Positions 21,846-34,245 of a DNA stretch of 64,000 nt are shown piece by piece. The notes under the pieces are model-generated. The model was not told where the DNA came from. It saw only the letters and a list, made by a program, of their open reading frames with translations, and did no database searches. The first letter of the stretch is position 1; each line of letters begins with the position of its first letter. Made by a program: the position numbers and the translations under genes. Origin of the DNA: Candidatus Krumholzibacteriia bacterium (GTDB lineage Bacteria > Krumholzibacteriota > Krumholzibacteriia > LZORAL124-64-63); contig JBFXKG010000018.1 of assembly GCA_050174015.1 (NCBI GenBank), forward strand, positions 25,510 through 89,509, written 5' to 3'.

Positions 21846-22971
21846 GTGAGAGAGACGCTGGACAGGATCAAGGAAGCGGAAGAGACCCTGGCCTCGCTCA
21901 AGGAGGGTCTTTGACTACCCGGGCCTGTGTGTCAAGCTGAAGACCTGCGAGGCCAGGCAGTCCGCTCCCGAGTTCTGGAGCAACCAGGAGGAGGCTGGCA
22001 GGGTCGTCAAGCAGGTGCGGTCCCTGAGGCAGTGGATCGACCCCCTGGAAGAGGCGAGCCGGCTGGCGGAGGACCTGAACGTCCTGCTCGAGCTGGCCGT
22101 GGAGGAGGACGACGAGGACGCCGCGGCCGAGGCCGTCGTCCAGGTCGCCAGGCTGGAGAAGCTCGTCGAGCAGCTGGACACGCGGTTCCTGCTCAGCGAC
22201 CCCGACGACGAGCGCGGGGCGGTCATGGAGATCCACCCCGGGGCCGGCGGCACCGAGAGTGCGGACTGGGCCCAGATGCTCCTGCGGATGTACACCCGGT
22301 ACTTCGAGCGCGAGGGCATGAAGTTCCAGACGCTCGACCTGCAGTCGGGCGAGGAGGCCGGCATCAAGACCGCCGTCCTGGAGATCGACAGCCCGTTCGC
22401 CTACGGTTACCTCAAGAGCGAATCGGGCGTTCACCGGCTGGTGCGGATCAGCCCCTTCGACGCCCAGAACCGGCGTCACACCAGCTTCGCCTCGGTCTTC
22501 GTCTATCCCCTGGTGGAGGACGACGTCGAGGTCGAGATCAATACGGCCGACCTGCGGGTGGACACCTTCCGCGCCCAGGGCGCCGGCGGCCAGCACGTGA
22601 ACAAGACGGACAGCGCCGTGCGGATCACGCACATCCCCACCAACACGGTCGTGGCCTGCCAGAGCGAGCGGAGCCAGCACCGCAACCGCGAGAGCGCGAT
22701 GACCATGCTGCGGGCCAAGCTCTACCAGCAGATCCTGCTCGCGCGCCAGAAGGAGCGGGACGCCATCGAGGCCGAGAAGATGGAGAACGCCTGGGGCAGC
22801 CAGATCCGCTCGTACGTCCTGCAGCCCTACACCAAGGTCAAGGACCACCGAACCGACCACGAGACGGGCAACGCCACGGCGGTGCTCGACGGCGAACTCG
22901 AAGGCTTCACCGACGCCTACCTGCGCTGGCTGGGCGCCCGGAGCCGGGACCAGAAGACGGGCGGCGCCTGA
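21846..22971 (+). CDS. prfB: Peptide chain release factor 2 with programmed +1 frameshift
   Basis: GTG at 21846 reads 22 codons to CTT-TGA-C (21909-21915), preceded by AGGAGG. The +1 frame continues DYPG...PEFW...GAGGTES, SPF, GGQHVNKT. Confidence 0.96.
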
Positions 22972-23004
22972 CCCGACGCGACCGCCGGACCCGGGAGTTG
23001 TAGA

Positions 23005-24531
23005 TTGGAACACAACGAAAGCAACCAGCACGAGGACGCGGCCGCCCCGGAGGGCGGTCAGGACCTGCACCCGCTGATCGCCGCACGTCTGGAGAAGATG
23101 GACGACCTCGGCGCGGAGGTCCCGCTCTATCCCTACTCCTTCGACCGGAGCCACACGAGCGCCGAGATCCGCGAGGAGGAAGGGCGGCTGACGGCGGCGG
23201 GTGTCAAGGTCCGCTATCCCGGCCGCATCATGGCCAAGAGGGGAACGGGCAAGACCCTGTTCGTGCCCGTCCAGGACGAATGGGGCCGCATCCAGGCCTA
23301 CTTCAAGAAGGACGACCTGGGGGAGGACGCCTTCCGCCGCATCCAGAAGCTGATCGACATCGGCGACTGGATCGGGGTGGAGGGGACCCTGTTCCGCACC
23401 AGGACCGACGAGCTGAGCATCCACGTCACGGACTTCACGTTCCTGGCCAAGGCCATCCGGCCCCTGCCCGAGAAGTACCACGACCTGGGTCTCGAGAACA
23501 AGAGCCGCAGGCGATACCTCGACCTGGCCATGAACCAGGAGAGCCGCGACCGCTTCAAGCTGCGCAGCGCCATCCTCCGCGACGTCCGCAACTTCTTCGA
23601 CGCCGAAGGATTCCTCGAGGTCGAGACCCCGGTCCTGCAGCCGCTGTACGGGGGCGCCACCGCCCGCCCGTTCACCACGCACCACAACGCCCTGGACATG
23701 ACCCTCTACCTGCGGATCGCCGACGAGCTCTACCTCAAGCGGCTGATCGTCGGCGGGCTGGAGCGCGTCTACGAGATCGCCAAGGACTTCCGCAACGAGG
23801 GCATGGACCGCACCCACAATCCCGAGTTCACCATGCTCGAGTGCTACGCGGCCTACTGGGATTACCGGGACATGATGGACCTGACCGAGCGGCTGGTCCG
23901 CCGGCTGGCCGGGAACTTCGGGACCGACGGCCGCCTGCAGTACGGCGATCACGAGCTCGACTTCACCCAGCCTTTCCGGCGCATCACCTTCATGGGGGCC
24001 CTGGCGGACGCGGTGGGCCGCGACCTCATGGTCCTCTCGACGGAGGATCTGGCCGATCTCGCCCGGGAGAAGGGCGTCGAGCTGAAGAAGGGCATGGGCC
24101 GGGACAAGATCCTGGACGAGCTGTTCAGCCTCCTGGTGGAGCCCGGCCTGATCCAGCCGACCTTCGTCATGGATCACCCGCAGGAACTGTCGCCCCTGGC
24201 CAAGGCCCACCGCGAGCACGAGGGCCTGGTCGAGCGCTTCGAACTCTTCGTCGCGGGGTTCGAACTGGCCAACAGCTTCAGCGAGCTCAACGATCCCCGC
24301 GAGCAGCGCCGGCGCTTCCTCGACCAGAAGGCCCTGCTGGAGGCCGGGGACGAGGAGGCCCAGCAGCTGGACGAGGACTTCCTGCAGGCCATGGAGCACG
24401 GCATGCCGCCGACCGGGGGCATGGGCCTGGGCGTGGACCGGCTGATCATGCTGCTGGTGAACACGAACAACATCCGGGACGTGCTCCTCTTCCCGCACAT
24501 GAGGCCCGAGGTCTCGACGGACGCCGGGTGA
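23005..24531 (+). CDS. lysS: Lysine--tRNA ligase (class II)
   Basis: RPLPEK, RYLDL, EVETPVLQPLYGGATARPF, FRNEG...HNPEFT, GMPPTGGMGLGVDRL. Confidence 0.97.
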   Translation: MEHNESNQHEDAAAPEGGQDLHPLIAARLEKMDDLGAEVPLYPYSFDRSHTSAEIREEEGRLTAAGVKVRYPGRIMAKRGTGKTLFVPVQDEWGRIQAYFKKDDLGEDAFRRIQKLIDIGDWIGVEGTLFRTRTDELSIHVTDFTFLAKAIRPLPEKYHDLGLENKSRRRYLDLAMNQESRDRFKLRSAILRDVRNFFDAEGFLEVETPVLQPLYGGATARPFTTHHNALDMTLYLRIADELYLKRLIVGGLERVYEIAKDFRNEGMDRTHNPEFTMLECYAAYWDYRDMMDLTERLVRRLAGNFGTDGRLQYGDHELDFTQPFRRITFMGALADAVGRDLMVLSTEDLADLAREKGVELKKGMGRDKILDELFSLLVEPGLIQPTFVMDHPQELSPLAKAHREHEGLVERFELFVAGFELANSFSELNDPREQRRRFLDQKALLEAGDEEAQQLDEDFLQAMEHGMPPTGGMGLGVDRLIMLLVNTNNIRDVLLFPHMRPEVSTDAG

Positions 24532-24532
24532 G

Positions 24533-25777
24533 ATGGACTTCTCCGGCCACATCGCCCGGCGGTACCTGCGCAGTCGGCGCCACAGCCGGTTCCTCAGCCG
24601 GGGCAGCCTCACCGCGGTGATCGGCATCGCCATCGGGGTGATGGTCCTGAACATCACCCTGGCGGTCATGAACGGGTTCCACGCCGAGATGCAGCGGACC
24701 TTCGTCGAGAACATGCCCATGATCTCGGTGATCACCAGCGAGCCCGAGGGGTTCCTGGAGCTGGGCCGGACCATGGACCTGATCGGCTCCGTCCCCGAGG
24801 TCACGGGCGTGGCCCCCTTCATCCGGCAGGAGGTGCTGGTCAGCGCCGCCCGCAATCTCGGGCCTCCGCGGCCGCAGGCCGGGGTGTCCTGGGGCGTGGA
24901 CCCCGACCTGGTGGACGAGGTCCAGCCCCTGAGCCGGTACCTCGTGCCCGAGCCCGCCATCCTCGCCTCCCTCGCCGGGGGGGAGACGCCGCGCGCGATC
25001 CTCGGGGTGGATCTGGCCAACAACCTCTACACCGCCATCGGCGACACCGTCATCCTGACCTCGGTCAACGGGGAGATCGACCTGGAGGACATCCAGGCGG
25101 TCAGCGGGAAGTTCGTCGTCAGCGGCTACTTCGACACCGGCATGTACGAGTTCGACAGCCGTTTCGTGTACACGGGCCTCGACGCGGGGCGCGCCTTCTT
25201 CGGCTACGCGCCGGGAGGAGCGTCCATGATCGGGGTCAAGGTCGCGGACGTCATGCGGGCCGATCGCGTGGCCGACGCCATCGCCGACACCCTCGGCCCC
25301 CGGTTCCACGCGACCGACTGGATGGCCCTCAACCAGAACCTCTTCCAGTGGATCAAGCTGGAGAAGATCATCATGGCGCTGCTGCTGGGGATGATCATCC
25401 TGATCGCCGGGTTCAACATCATCGGCATCCTGACCATGATGGTCGGCGAGCGCCGGCGGGAGATCGGCATCCTGCTGGCCATGGGGGTGCAGCGGCGGCA
25501 CGTCATGGGGATCTTCCTGCTGAACGCCCTGTGGCTCGGGGCGATCGGCGTGGGCATCGGCTGCGGCCTGGGCCTGGCCGGCATCTGGTATCTGGACGCC
25601 CACGGGGTGTCCCTGCCCGGGGACGTCTACTTCGTGGAGACCGTGCCGGTGCTGCTGCAATGGCTGGATTTTCTGCTGGTGGCCGGCGTCAGCCTGGTCA
25701 TGGCGGTGCTGGCCGGCCTCTGGCCCAGCTGGGAGGCCTCCAACCTCAAGCCCATGGAGATCATCCGCTATTCCTGA
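24533..25777 (+). CDS. lolE: Lipoprotein-releasing ABC transporter permease (LolC/E/F family)
   Basis: IARRYLRS, GIAIGV...VMNGF, GMYEFD, REIGILLAMG, PMEIIRY. Confidence 0.88.
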   Translation: MDFSGHIARRYLRSRRHSRFLSRGSLTAVIGIAIGVMVLNITLAVMNGFHAEMQRTFVENMPMISVITSEPEGFLELGRTMDLIGSVPEVTGVAPFIRQEVLVSAARNLGPPRPQAGVSWGVDPDLVDEVQPLSRYLVPEPAILASLAGGETPRAILGVDLANNLYTAIGDTVILTSVNGEIDLEDIQAVSGKFVVSGYFDTGMYEFDSRFVYTGLDAGRAFFGYAPGGASMIGVKVADVMRADRVADAIADTLGPRFHATDWMALNQNLFQWIKLEKIIMALLLGMIILIAGFNIIGILTMMVGERRREIGILLAMGVQRRHVMGIFLLNALWLGAIGVGIGCGLGLAGIWYLDAHGVSLPGDVYFVETVPVLLQWLDFLLVAGVSLVMAVLAGLWPSWEASNLKPMEIIRYS

Positions 25778-25806
25778 GCGCCCTGAGGTCCTGACAAGGG
25801 GAAACA

Positions 25807-26508
25807 ATGGCACCGGAACTCGTAGCCCAGGCGATCGACAAGGTTTTCCCGCGCAGGGGCGGCAGCCTGACTGTCCTGTCCGATTGCGACCTTCAGGTCG
25901 CGCCGGGCGAGGCGGTGGCCATCACCGGGGCCAGCGGGTCGGGGAAGAGCACCCTGCTCAACATCCTCGGCGGCCTGGATTCCCCGGACTTCGGATTCGT
26001 GATGCATTCCGGGCATGCCCTCGACTTCGACAATCATCCGGACCTGACCCGCTGGCGGTCCGAGGTGGTCGGCTTCGTCTTCCAGTTCCATTTCCTGTTG
26101 CCCGACTTCACCGCCTTCGAGAATCTGCTCATTCCCCTGCGGGGACGCCGCCGCATCACGGCCGCTGACCGGGAGCTGGCGAGGGAGTTCCTCGACCGCA
26201 TGGGACTCGCCGACCGGGCGGACCACCTGCCGGGGGAGATGTCGGGCGGCGAGCAGCAGCGCGTCGCCGTGGCCCGGGCCTTCATGAACCGGCCCCGGGT
26301 GGTGCTGGCGGACGAGCCCTTCGGGAACCTGGACAAGGACATCGGCGCGCGGCTGGGGGACCTTTTGTTCGAGATGCGCCGGGACCACGGCACCGCCCTG
26401 GTGATCGTGACTCACGATCCCGCGCTGGCGGGGCGGGCGGATCGCCGCCTGCATCTGCAGGGGGGACGCCTGGCGGTCGCCCGGAGAGGCGAGGAGGACC
26501 TGCGGTGA
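25807..26508 (+). CDS. lolD: Lipoprotein-releasing ABC transporter ATPase
   Basis: GASGSGKST, GFVFQFHFLLPDFTA, MSGGEQQRVAVARA, LADEP, VTHD. Confidence 0.9.
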   Translation: MAPELVAQAIDKVFPRRGGSLTVLSDCDLQVAPGEAVAITGASGSGKSTLLNILGGLDSPDFGFVMHSGHALDFDNHPDLTRWRSEVVGFVFQFHFLLPDFTAFENLLIPLRGRRRITAADRELAREFLDRMGLADRADHLPGEMSGGEQQRVAVARAFMNRPRVVLADEPFGNLDKDIGARLGDLLFEMRRDHGTALVIVTHDPALAGRADRRLHLQGGRLAVARRGEEDLR

Positions 26509-27095
26509 AGTGCCAGCATTGCGGAAAGAAGGAGGCGACCGTCCATCTCCTGGAGATGATCGAGGGACGGCGTCTGGCCCTGTGGCTCTGCGCGGACTGC
26601 GCCGAGGTCGAACAGTGGCGGCGGATCGGGAGCGTCGGGCGGAAGGGTCCGGGCGGCGACGACGACGATCCGGGGGAGCGGGGGCTGTTCCGCGGTCCCT
26701 CGGATCTGGGCCACGAGTCCGATTCCCTGACCGGCTTCCTCGGCCAGGACCCCTTCCTCGGGGCCTCGGGAGACGGAGCGGAGCCCGCCTGCCCCCAGTG
26801 CGGGTTCGTCTGGGCGGATTTCCAGAACACCCACCGGCTGGGTTGCGCGAGCTGCTATGTGGCCTTTCGGCCGCGCCTGCTGCCCATGCTCGCGGGGTTC
26901 CATCGCCACGCCTCGCACCTCGGCAAGGTGCCGCCCTCCCGCGACGGCCGGGGCAGCGTCCTGGTGGAGCTGACCAAGCTGCGCGTCGCGCTGGAGAAGG
27001 CCATCGCCGCGGAGGACTTCGAGAAGGCCGCCTCCCTGCGGGACCGGATGCGGCAGCTGGAAAGCGGCGTCCCACCCCGGGAGGAGTCCGAATGA
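26505..27095 (+). CDS. mcsA: McsA-family protein (four CxxC plus UvrB/C motif)
   Basis: CQHC, CADC, CPQC, LGCASCY, HLGKVP, EDFEKAASLRD. Confidence 0.92.
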   Translation: MKCQHCGKKEATVHLLEMIEGRRLALWLCADCAEVEQWRRIGSVGRKGPGGDDDDPGERGLFRGPSDLGHESDSLTGFLGQDPFLGASGDGAEPACPQCGFVWADFQNTHRLGCASCYVAFRPRLLPMLAGFHRHASHLGKVPPSRDGRGSVLVELTKLRVALEKAIAAEDFEKAASLRDRMRQLESGVPPREESE

Positions 27096-28150
27096 CGACC
27101 TTCTTCCGGGACTTCCCCGAGCGCAGGCTGCCCTGGCAGGTATCCGCGGGACCCGAGGCCGATGTGGTGCTGGCGACCTCGGCCGCCCTGGCCAGGAACC
27201 TGAGGGCCTTCCCCTTTCCGGGCAGGGCCTCGGAGGTCGAGCTGCGCACCATCCGGGGCGACCTGACCCGGCGCCTGGGCTCGCTGGAACCCTTCGCCGA
27301 TGGCTGGCACCTCGACCTCGAGGGATTGACCACCAGCGAACGGCGCTGCCTGCAGGAGATGACCCAGCTCAGCGCCCGATCCGCGGCGGATCCCGTCGGG
27401 AAGGGCCTGGTGCTGGATGGAGGGCTCGGCCTCTGCCTGGCCTTCAACGGGGACGACCACCTCGAGGCGGTCGCCACCCGGGCCGGGTGGGACCCCCGCA
27501 GCGCCCTGGACGACGTCCTGGAACTCGACGCCCTGTTCGAGCAACAGGTGGACTTCGCCTTCGACGCCGACCTGGGCTACCTGACGGCCTACCCCACCCG
27601 GGTCGGGACGGGATTGCGGTTGAGCGCGGCCCTTCACCTGCCGGGCCTGGTCATGGCCGACGAGATCCAGAAGCTGATCAACGCCCTGCGCCAGCTCCAG
27701 TTCACCATCCATGGCTTCCACGGTCCGGGTACTCCCATCCGGGGCGCCCTCTTCCGGGTGGAGAACCTGATCACCCTCGGGAGGAGCGAGGCCGAGGTGC
27801 AGGAGGATTTTGCCACCCATGTGGGAAAAATCATCGCCTATGAACGGTCGGCCCGCCGCCAGCTTTTCGGCCGGGACTCCCTGGGGCTGGAGGACGTGGT
27901 CCGGCGCAGCCTCGCCATCCTGCAGGAAGCCCGGCTGATGAGCAGCCAGGAGGCGTTCGACCGCCTGTCCGACGTCCGGCTGGGGCTGAGCCTGGGGATC
28001 CTGGAGGGGATTTCCACCGAAACCTTGAATCTCGCACTCGTTCGCCAGCAATCCGCCCATCTGGACCGCCTGGCGGGGAAGGGGCTGCACGGCAAGGACC
28101 GGCTGGCCGCCCGGGCCCGCCACCTCCGGGAATGGCTGGGAACGGCCTGA
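27092..28150 (+). CDS. mcsB: McsB-like ATP:guanido phosphotransferase homologue with degenerate active site
   Basis: GPEADVVL...LARN, GYLT..PT.VGTGLR, HLP, TLGRSE, LSDVRLG; lies between mcsA and clpC. Confidence 0.88.
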   Translation: MTTFFRDFPERRLPWQVSAGPEADVVLATSAALARNLRAFPFPGRASEVELRTIRGDLTRRLGSLEPFADGWHLDLEGLTTSERRCLQEMTQLSARSAADPVGKGLVLDGGLGLCLAFNGDDHLEAVATRAGWDPRSALDDVLELDALFEQQVDFAFDADLGYLTAYPTRVGTGLRLSAALHLPGLVMADEIQKLINALRQLQFTIHGFHGPGTPIRGALFRVENLITLGRSEAEVQEDFATHVGKIIAYERSARRQLFGRDSLGLEDVVRRSLAILQEARLMSSQEAFDRLSDVRLGLSLGILEGISTETLNLALVRQQSAHLDRLAGKGLHGKDRLAARARHLREWLGTA

Positions 28151-28367
28151 CATTCCGGCAAATTCCCGCATTTCGGGTTAAGTCAACGGGTTTCCATGCG
28201 AAATAATGGAATGGTCGAGTCGTCATGGCCGACCGGCCCGACGAATGGTAGCGCCTGCTGCCCGGCTCCAGTATATTTCTTGCTAGCCTGTAGGATCGTC
28301 ACCAGATCCTGCCCGGTTGCGTCGGGGAGGAACCCCGATCCGGACTTGCCATCGGAGGCTCTAGGGT

Positions 28368-30839
<2,472 letters not shown>

Positions 30840-30845
30840 CCCGGG

Positions 30846-30890
30846 CCGGAGCGGCGGCCGGACCGGCTCCCGGTTCGGCCGCCGCTCCGG
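30846..30890 (+). terminator. Long GC hairpin directly after clpC (terminator or REP-like, no U-tract)
   Basis: CCGGAGCGGCGGCCGGACCGG-CTC-CCGGTTCGGCCGCCGCTCCGG, a stem of about 21 bp. Confidence 0.6.
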
Positions 30891-31121
30891 ATCCGACGCT
30901 AATTGCCCTTCCCAAATCCTCTGGTATTCACTATTTTTCCCCGGGGTCCGCCCGGATCGGGAACTTCAACCGACCGGCCGGGTTCAGGATCCCGTCGTTG
31001 TGACCGGGCACCGGCCCGGCCTTTTTTTCCGCCCGGATATCCCGTTGTCGCCGGCTGCAGGCGATGATAGCCTGGGGCGGTTTGACACCCCACGATCTCC
31101 AGCAGGGGGCCACGTCCCGGT

Positions 31122-33482
31122 ATGATTCGCGAAACCCGCGCCTTCCTGATCGGCATGCTGCTGCTCGCGGCCTGCCCCGCCACGGGGCAGGAGACCGTCA
31201 CCGGGACCATCGGGGAGATCGAGGTCGTGGGCGCCCGGACCGTCGGGCCCCGCCAGGTCATCGCCTGGTCCGGCCTCGAGGCCGGCAAGGATCTGACCGC
31301 CGACCTGGTGTCCGTCGGGATCCGGAGCCTCTTCCAGACCGGGAAGTTCAGCAACGTCTTCGTCTACGCGGAGCCGGGCGAGGATGGGGTCAAGCTCATC
31401 ATCAATCTCGAGGAGTTCCCGCGCCTGCGGACCATCGGATTCACCGGGAACGACAAGGTCAAGGAGAAGGACCTGCGTGAGGCCTACCCGGTCCAGGTCG
31501 GACAGTTCGCCAACCCCGCCGTGATCCGCCGCGACCTGCAGCCCCTGCGCGACCTCTACTACGAGAAGGGCTACTTCAACGTGGCGATCGACGCCGATTC
31601 GGTGGTCGTCGACAGCAACAACCTCCAGGATCTCGTCATCCGGATCACCGAGGGCAAGAAGGTCAAGGTCAAGAGCATCCGGTTCGTGGGGGCCGACCAG
31701 CTGGACGAAGGCGGCCTGCGGGGCGCCATGAAGCAGGGGACCACCGGCTTCCTCAAGAGCGGGACCTTCAAGCGGCAGCAGTTCGAGGAGGACCGGGAGC
31801 GCATCGGCACCTACTGCCGCAACCAGGGATTCCTGGACGCCGAGATCACGGACGTCGATCTCGATTTCCGGGAGAAGACCGTGAGCCGGACCGACGAGGA
31901 GGGGTACGACCGGACCGTCGTGGTCGAGAACCGCGAGGAGCTCGACCTGGTGATCACGATCGCCGAGGGCCCCCGGTACACCATCGGCGACATCCGCTGG
32001 GAGGGGAACACCGTCTTCGACGACCTGGCCATCGCCGACCAGATCTGGCTGGAGAAGGGCAAGGTCTTCAAGGAGGACGAATACCTCGGCACCCTCGAGA
32101 ACCTCCAGCAGATCTACGCCGACCGGGGCTACATCTACATCACCGTGGAGCCCAAGCGGGACATCGTGGACCAGGTCGTGAACATCGACTTCCGGTTCAT
32201 GGAGGGCCAGCCCGCGAAGATCAACGACATCCGGATCAGCGGGAACACCAAGACCTACGACAACGTGATCCTGCGGGAGATGCGCATCTTCCCCGGCGAC
32301 ACCTTCAGCAACACGCGCATCCAGTCGACCATGCGGGACATCTTCCAGACCGGGTTCTTCGAGGACATCCAGCCGGACATCAAATCGGTCGACAACGGCG
32401 ACGTGGACATGATCCTGCGGGTGAAGGAGAAGCAGACCGGCCAGTTCATGTTCGGCATGGCCTACAGCGCCCAGACCAGCGCCAGCGGGTTCATCCAGGT
32501 GGCCGAAACCAACTTCCGGGGCAAGGGCCAGAACATCGGGGTGACCTGGCAGTTCGGCAGCCGGCAGCGCTACGTCGACCTGAGCTTCACCGAACCCTGG
32601 TTCCGGGGCACGCCGACCCTCGTCGGGGCGGACCTTTTCGACCGCTACCAGTACAACTACGAGGACTTCTACGAGAGCCGCATCCGGGGTTTCAGCCTGA
32701 GGCTGGGGCGGCGCATCCCCGGCACCCGGTTCAGCACCGCCGGCCTGCGCTACGAGCTGTCGGAGACCCGCCTCTCGAACTTCAGCGCCGGCTACGTCAA
32801 GTACCTGGACGACCTGGAGCAGTTCGTCGGCGTCAGCGACGTCCCCTGGCAGCGTCTGGACAGGGTCGACTGGCCGCAGACCAAGAGCAGCGTCCGGTTG
32901 AGCCTGAACCGCAACTCCACCGACAGCCCGTTCTTCCCCACCCGGGGGTCCAAGTCGAGCTACAGCTTCGAGGTCGCCGGGGGCCCCTTCGGGGGCGAGG
33001 TCGAGTTCCAGGAACACATGCTGTCGCATTCCTACTACCAGAAGCTGCCGGGCAGCTTCGCCCTGCATCTGCGGGGATTCTTCGGGCTGATCCACGGTCT
33101 GAGCTCCCCGGACGACATCCCGGACTGGGAGCGGTACCGCCTGGGCGGGAACCGGCGCTACCCCCTGCGGGGTTACAAGGATCTGGAGGTCGTTCCCCGG
33201 GGGAACCCCAGCTTCGTCGGCGGGCGCTACTTCACGATCTTCAATACCGAGATCCTGTATCCCTTGACCAACGCCGTCCAGCTGCTCACCTTCCTGGACA
33301 TGGGCGACGTCTGGAACAGCTTCTCGGAGGCGGACCTCGCCCATCTCCGCAAGGGGGCGGGCTTCGGGCTGAGGGTCGAGGTCCCCATGATGGGCACCAT
33401 CGGCTTCGATTACGGTTACGGATTCGACCGGGAGGGCGGGGCCCGCTGGGAGCCCCACTTCACCGTCGGCAACTTCTTCTAG
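31122..33482 (+). CDS. bamA: Outer membrane protein assembly factor BamA
   Basis: POTRA repeats (GNTKTYDNVILRE), NFRGKGQ, SFTEPWF, LRGY loop, terminal Phe. Confidence 0.96.
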   Translation: MIRETRAFLIGMLLLAACPATGQETVTGTIGEIEVVGARTVGPRQVIAWSGLEAGKDLTADLVSVGIRSLFQTGKFSNVFVYAEPGEDGVKLIINLEEFPRLRTIGFTGNDKVKEKDLREAYPVQVGQFANPAVIRRDLQPLRDLYYEKGYFNVAIDADSVVVDSNNLQDLVIRITEGKKVKVKSIRFVGADQLDEGGLRGAMKQGTTGFLKSGTFKRQQFEEDRERIGTYCRNQGFLDAEITDVDLDFREKTVSRTDEEGYDRTVVVENREELDLVITIAEGPRYTIGDIRWEGNTVFDDLAIADQIWLEKGKVFKEDEYLGTLENLQQIYADRGYIYITVEPKRDIVDQVVNIDFRFMEGQPAKINDIRISGNTKTYDNVILREMRIFPGDTFSNTRIQSTMRDIFQTGFFEDIQPDIKSVDNGDVDMILRVKEKQTGQFMFGMAYSAQTSASGFIQVAETNFRGKGQNIGVTWQFGSRQRYVDLSFTEPWFRGTPTLVGADLFDRYQYNYEDFYESRIRGFSLRLGRRIPGTRFSTAGLRYELSETRLSNFSAGYVKYLDDLEQFVGVSDVPWQRLDRVDWPQTKSSVRLSLNRNSTDSPFFPTRGSKSSYSFEVAGGPFGGEVEFQEHMLSHSYYQKLPGSFALHLRGFFGLIHGLSSPDDIPDWERYRLGGNRRYPLRGYKDLEVVPRGNPSFVGGRYFTIFNTEILYPLTNAVQLLTFLDMGDVWNSFSEADLAHLRKGAGFGLRVEVPMMGTIGFDYGYGFDREGGARWEPHFTVGNFF

Positions 33483-33542
33483 ACCCGGCATGGAACACCC
33501 GGGGCCCGGAGCCCCGGATTGCGAAAGCGGAGGCGAAAAGAC

Positions 33543-34085
33543 ATGCGAAATCGCTGCTACCGGTCGACCGGCCCGGCCAAGCCGGTTCTCATCCTGGTCC
33601 TGCTGGTCCTGATGGGCGCGTCCGCCCAGGCCGCCGACCGGCCCCTGGCCGTCATCGATTCCCAGCGGATCGCCGAGGAATACGATGCGGCGCGGGACGC
33701 CCAGGAACAGTACCAGAAGTTCTTGCAGGACCTCCAGCGCGAGGTCGACGAGCGGGAAAAGGAACTCTCCGGCATGTTCGAGGAGATCGAGAGCCAGAAG
33801 ATGCTCCTGGGCCCGGACGCCCTCGCCACCAAGGAGCAGCAGTTCCAGAAGAAGCAGGCCGAGTACTTCACCTTCCGCGAGGGCGCCGACCAGCGGGCCG
33901 AGCAGGAGTACACCGCCAAGATCGGACCGATCCTGGACCAGATCAAGACGATCGTCGAAAGGATCGGCAAGGAAAAGGGTTACGGCCTGATCGTGGATTC
34001 GGCCGCCCTGTCCGTTCTCTACGTCGATCCGGACTTCGACCTGACCAACGAGGTGCTCGCCGCCCTGGCCAGAGGGGACGATTGA
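33543..34085 (+). CDS. skp: OmpH/Skp chaperone
   Basis: Signal peptide, AVIDSQRI, coiled coil, KGYGLIVD, DLTNEVL. Confidence 0.9.
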   Translation: MRNRCYRSTGPAKPVLILVLLVLMGASAQAADRPLAVIDSQRIAEEYDAARDAQEQYQKFLQDLQREVDEREKELSGMFEEIESQKMLLGPDALATKEQQFQKKQAEYFTFREGADQRAEQEYTAKIGPILDQIKTIVERIGKEKGYGLIVDSAALSVLYVDPDFDLTNEVLAALARGDD

Positions 34086-34245
34086 GCCCCTGTTTTTTGT
34101 TGACAGGGGACGGATCGGCCATGAAATTTAGCAAGCAATTGTTCCAGCAACGCTTAGCCCCCCATCAGACGGTGGGGGGCGGTTGCTTACCGGGGGGATG
34201 AGCCGTTTTCGGCTCGATCCGCCGTTGGGATGCAGGCAGGTCGGC

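Noticed and set aside
21898-25023. 1041-aa minus-strand ORF, and similar long antisense ORFs at 12061-14538, 28299-30707, 30984-33491 and 34165-37134
   Set aside because: Shadow frames opposite well-conserved genes in high-GC DNA; no recognisable motifs.
28151-28367. CtsR, CIRCE or sigma54 site upstream of clpC
   Set aside because: Only a single AGTCAA half-site; no tandem heptad, CIRCE inverted repeat or GG-N10-GC element found.
30941-30995. Possible tRNA-Sec or SRP RNA (ACTTCAA loop, GGTTCAG)
   Set aside because: No cloverleaf or acceptor stem and no SRP domain IV motif; kept only as an unclassified RNA candidate.
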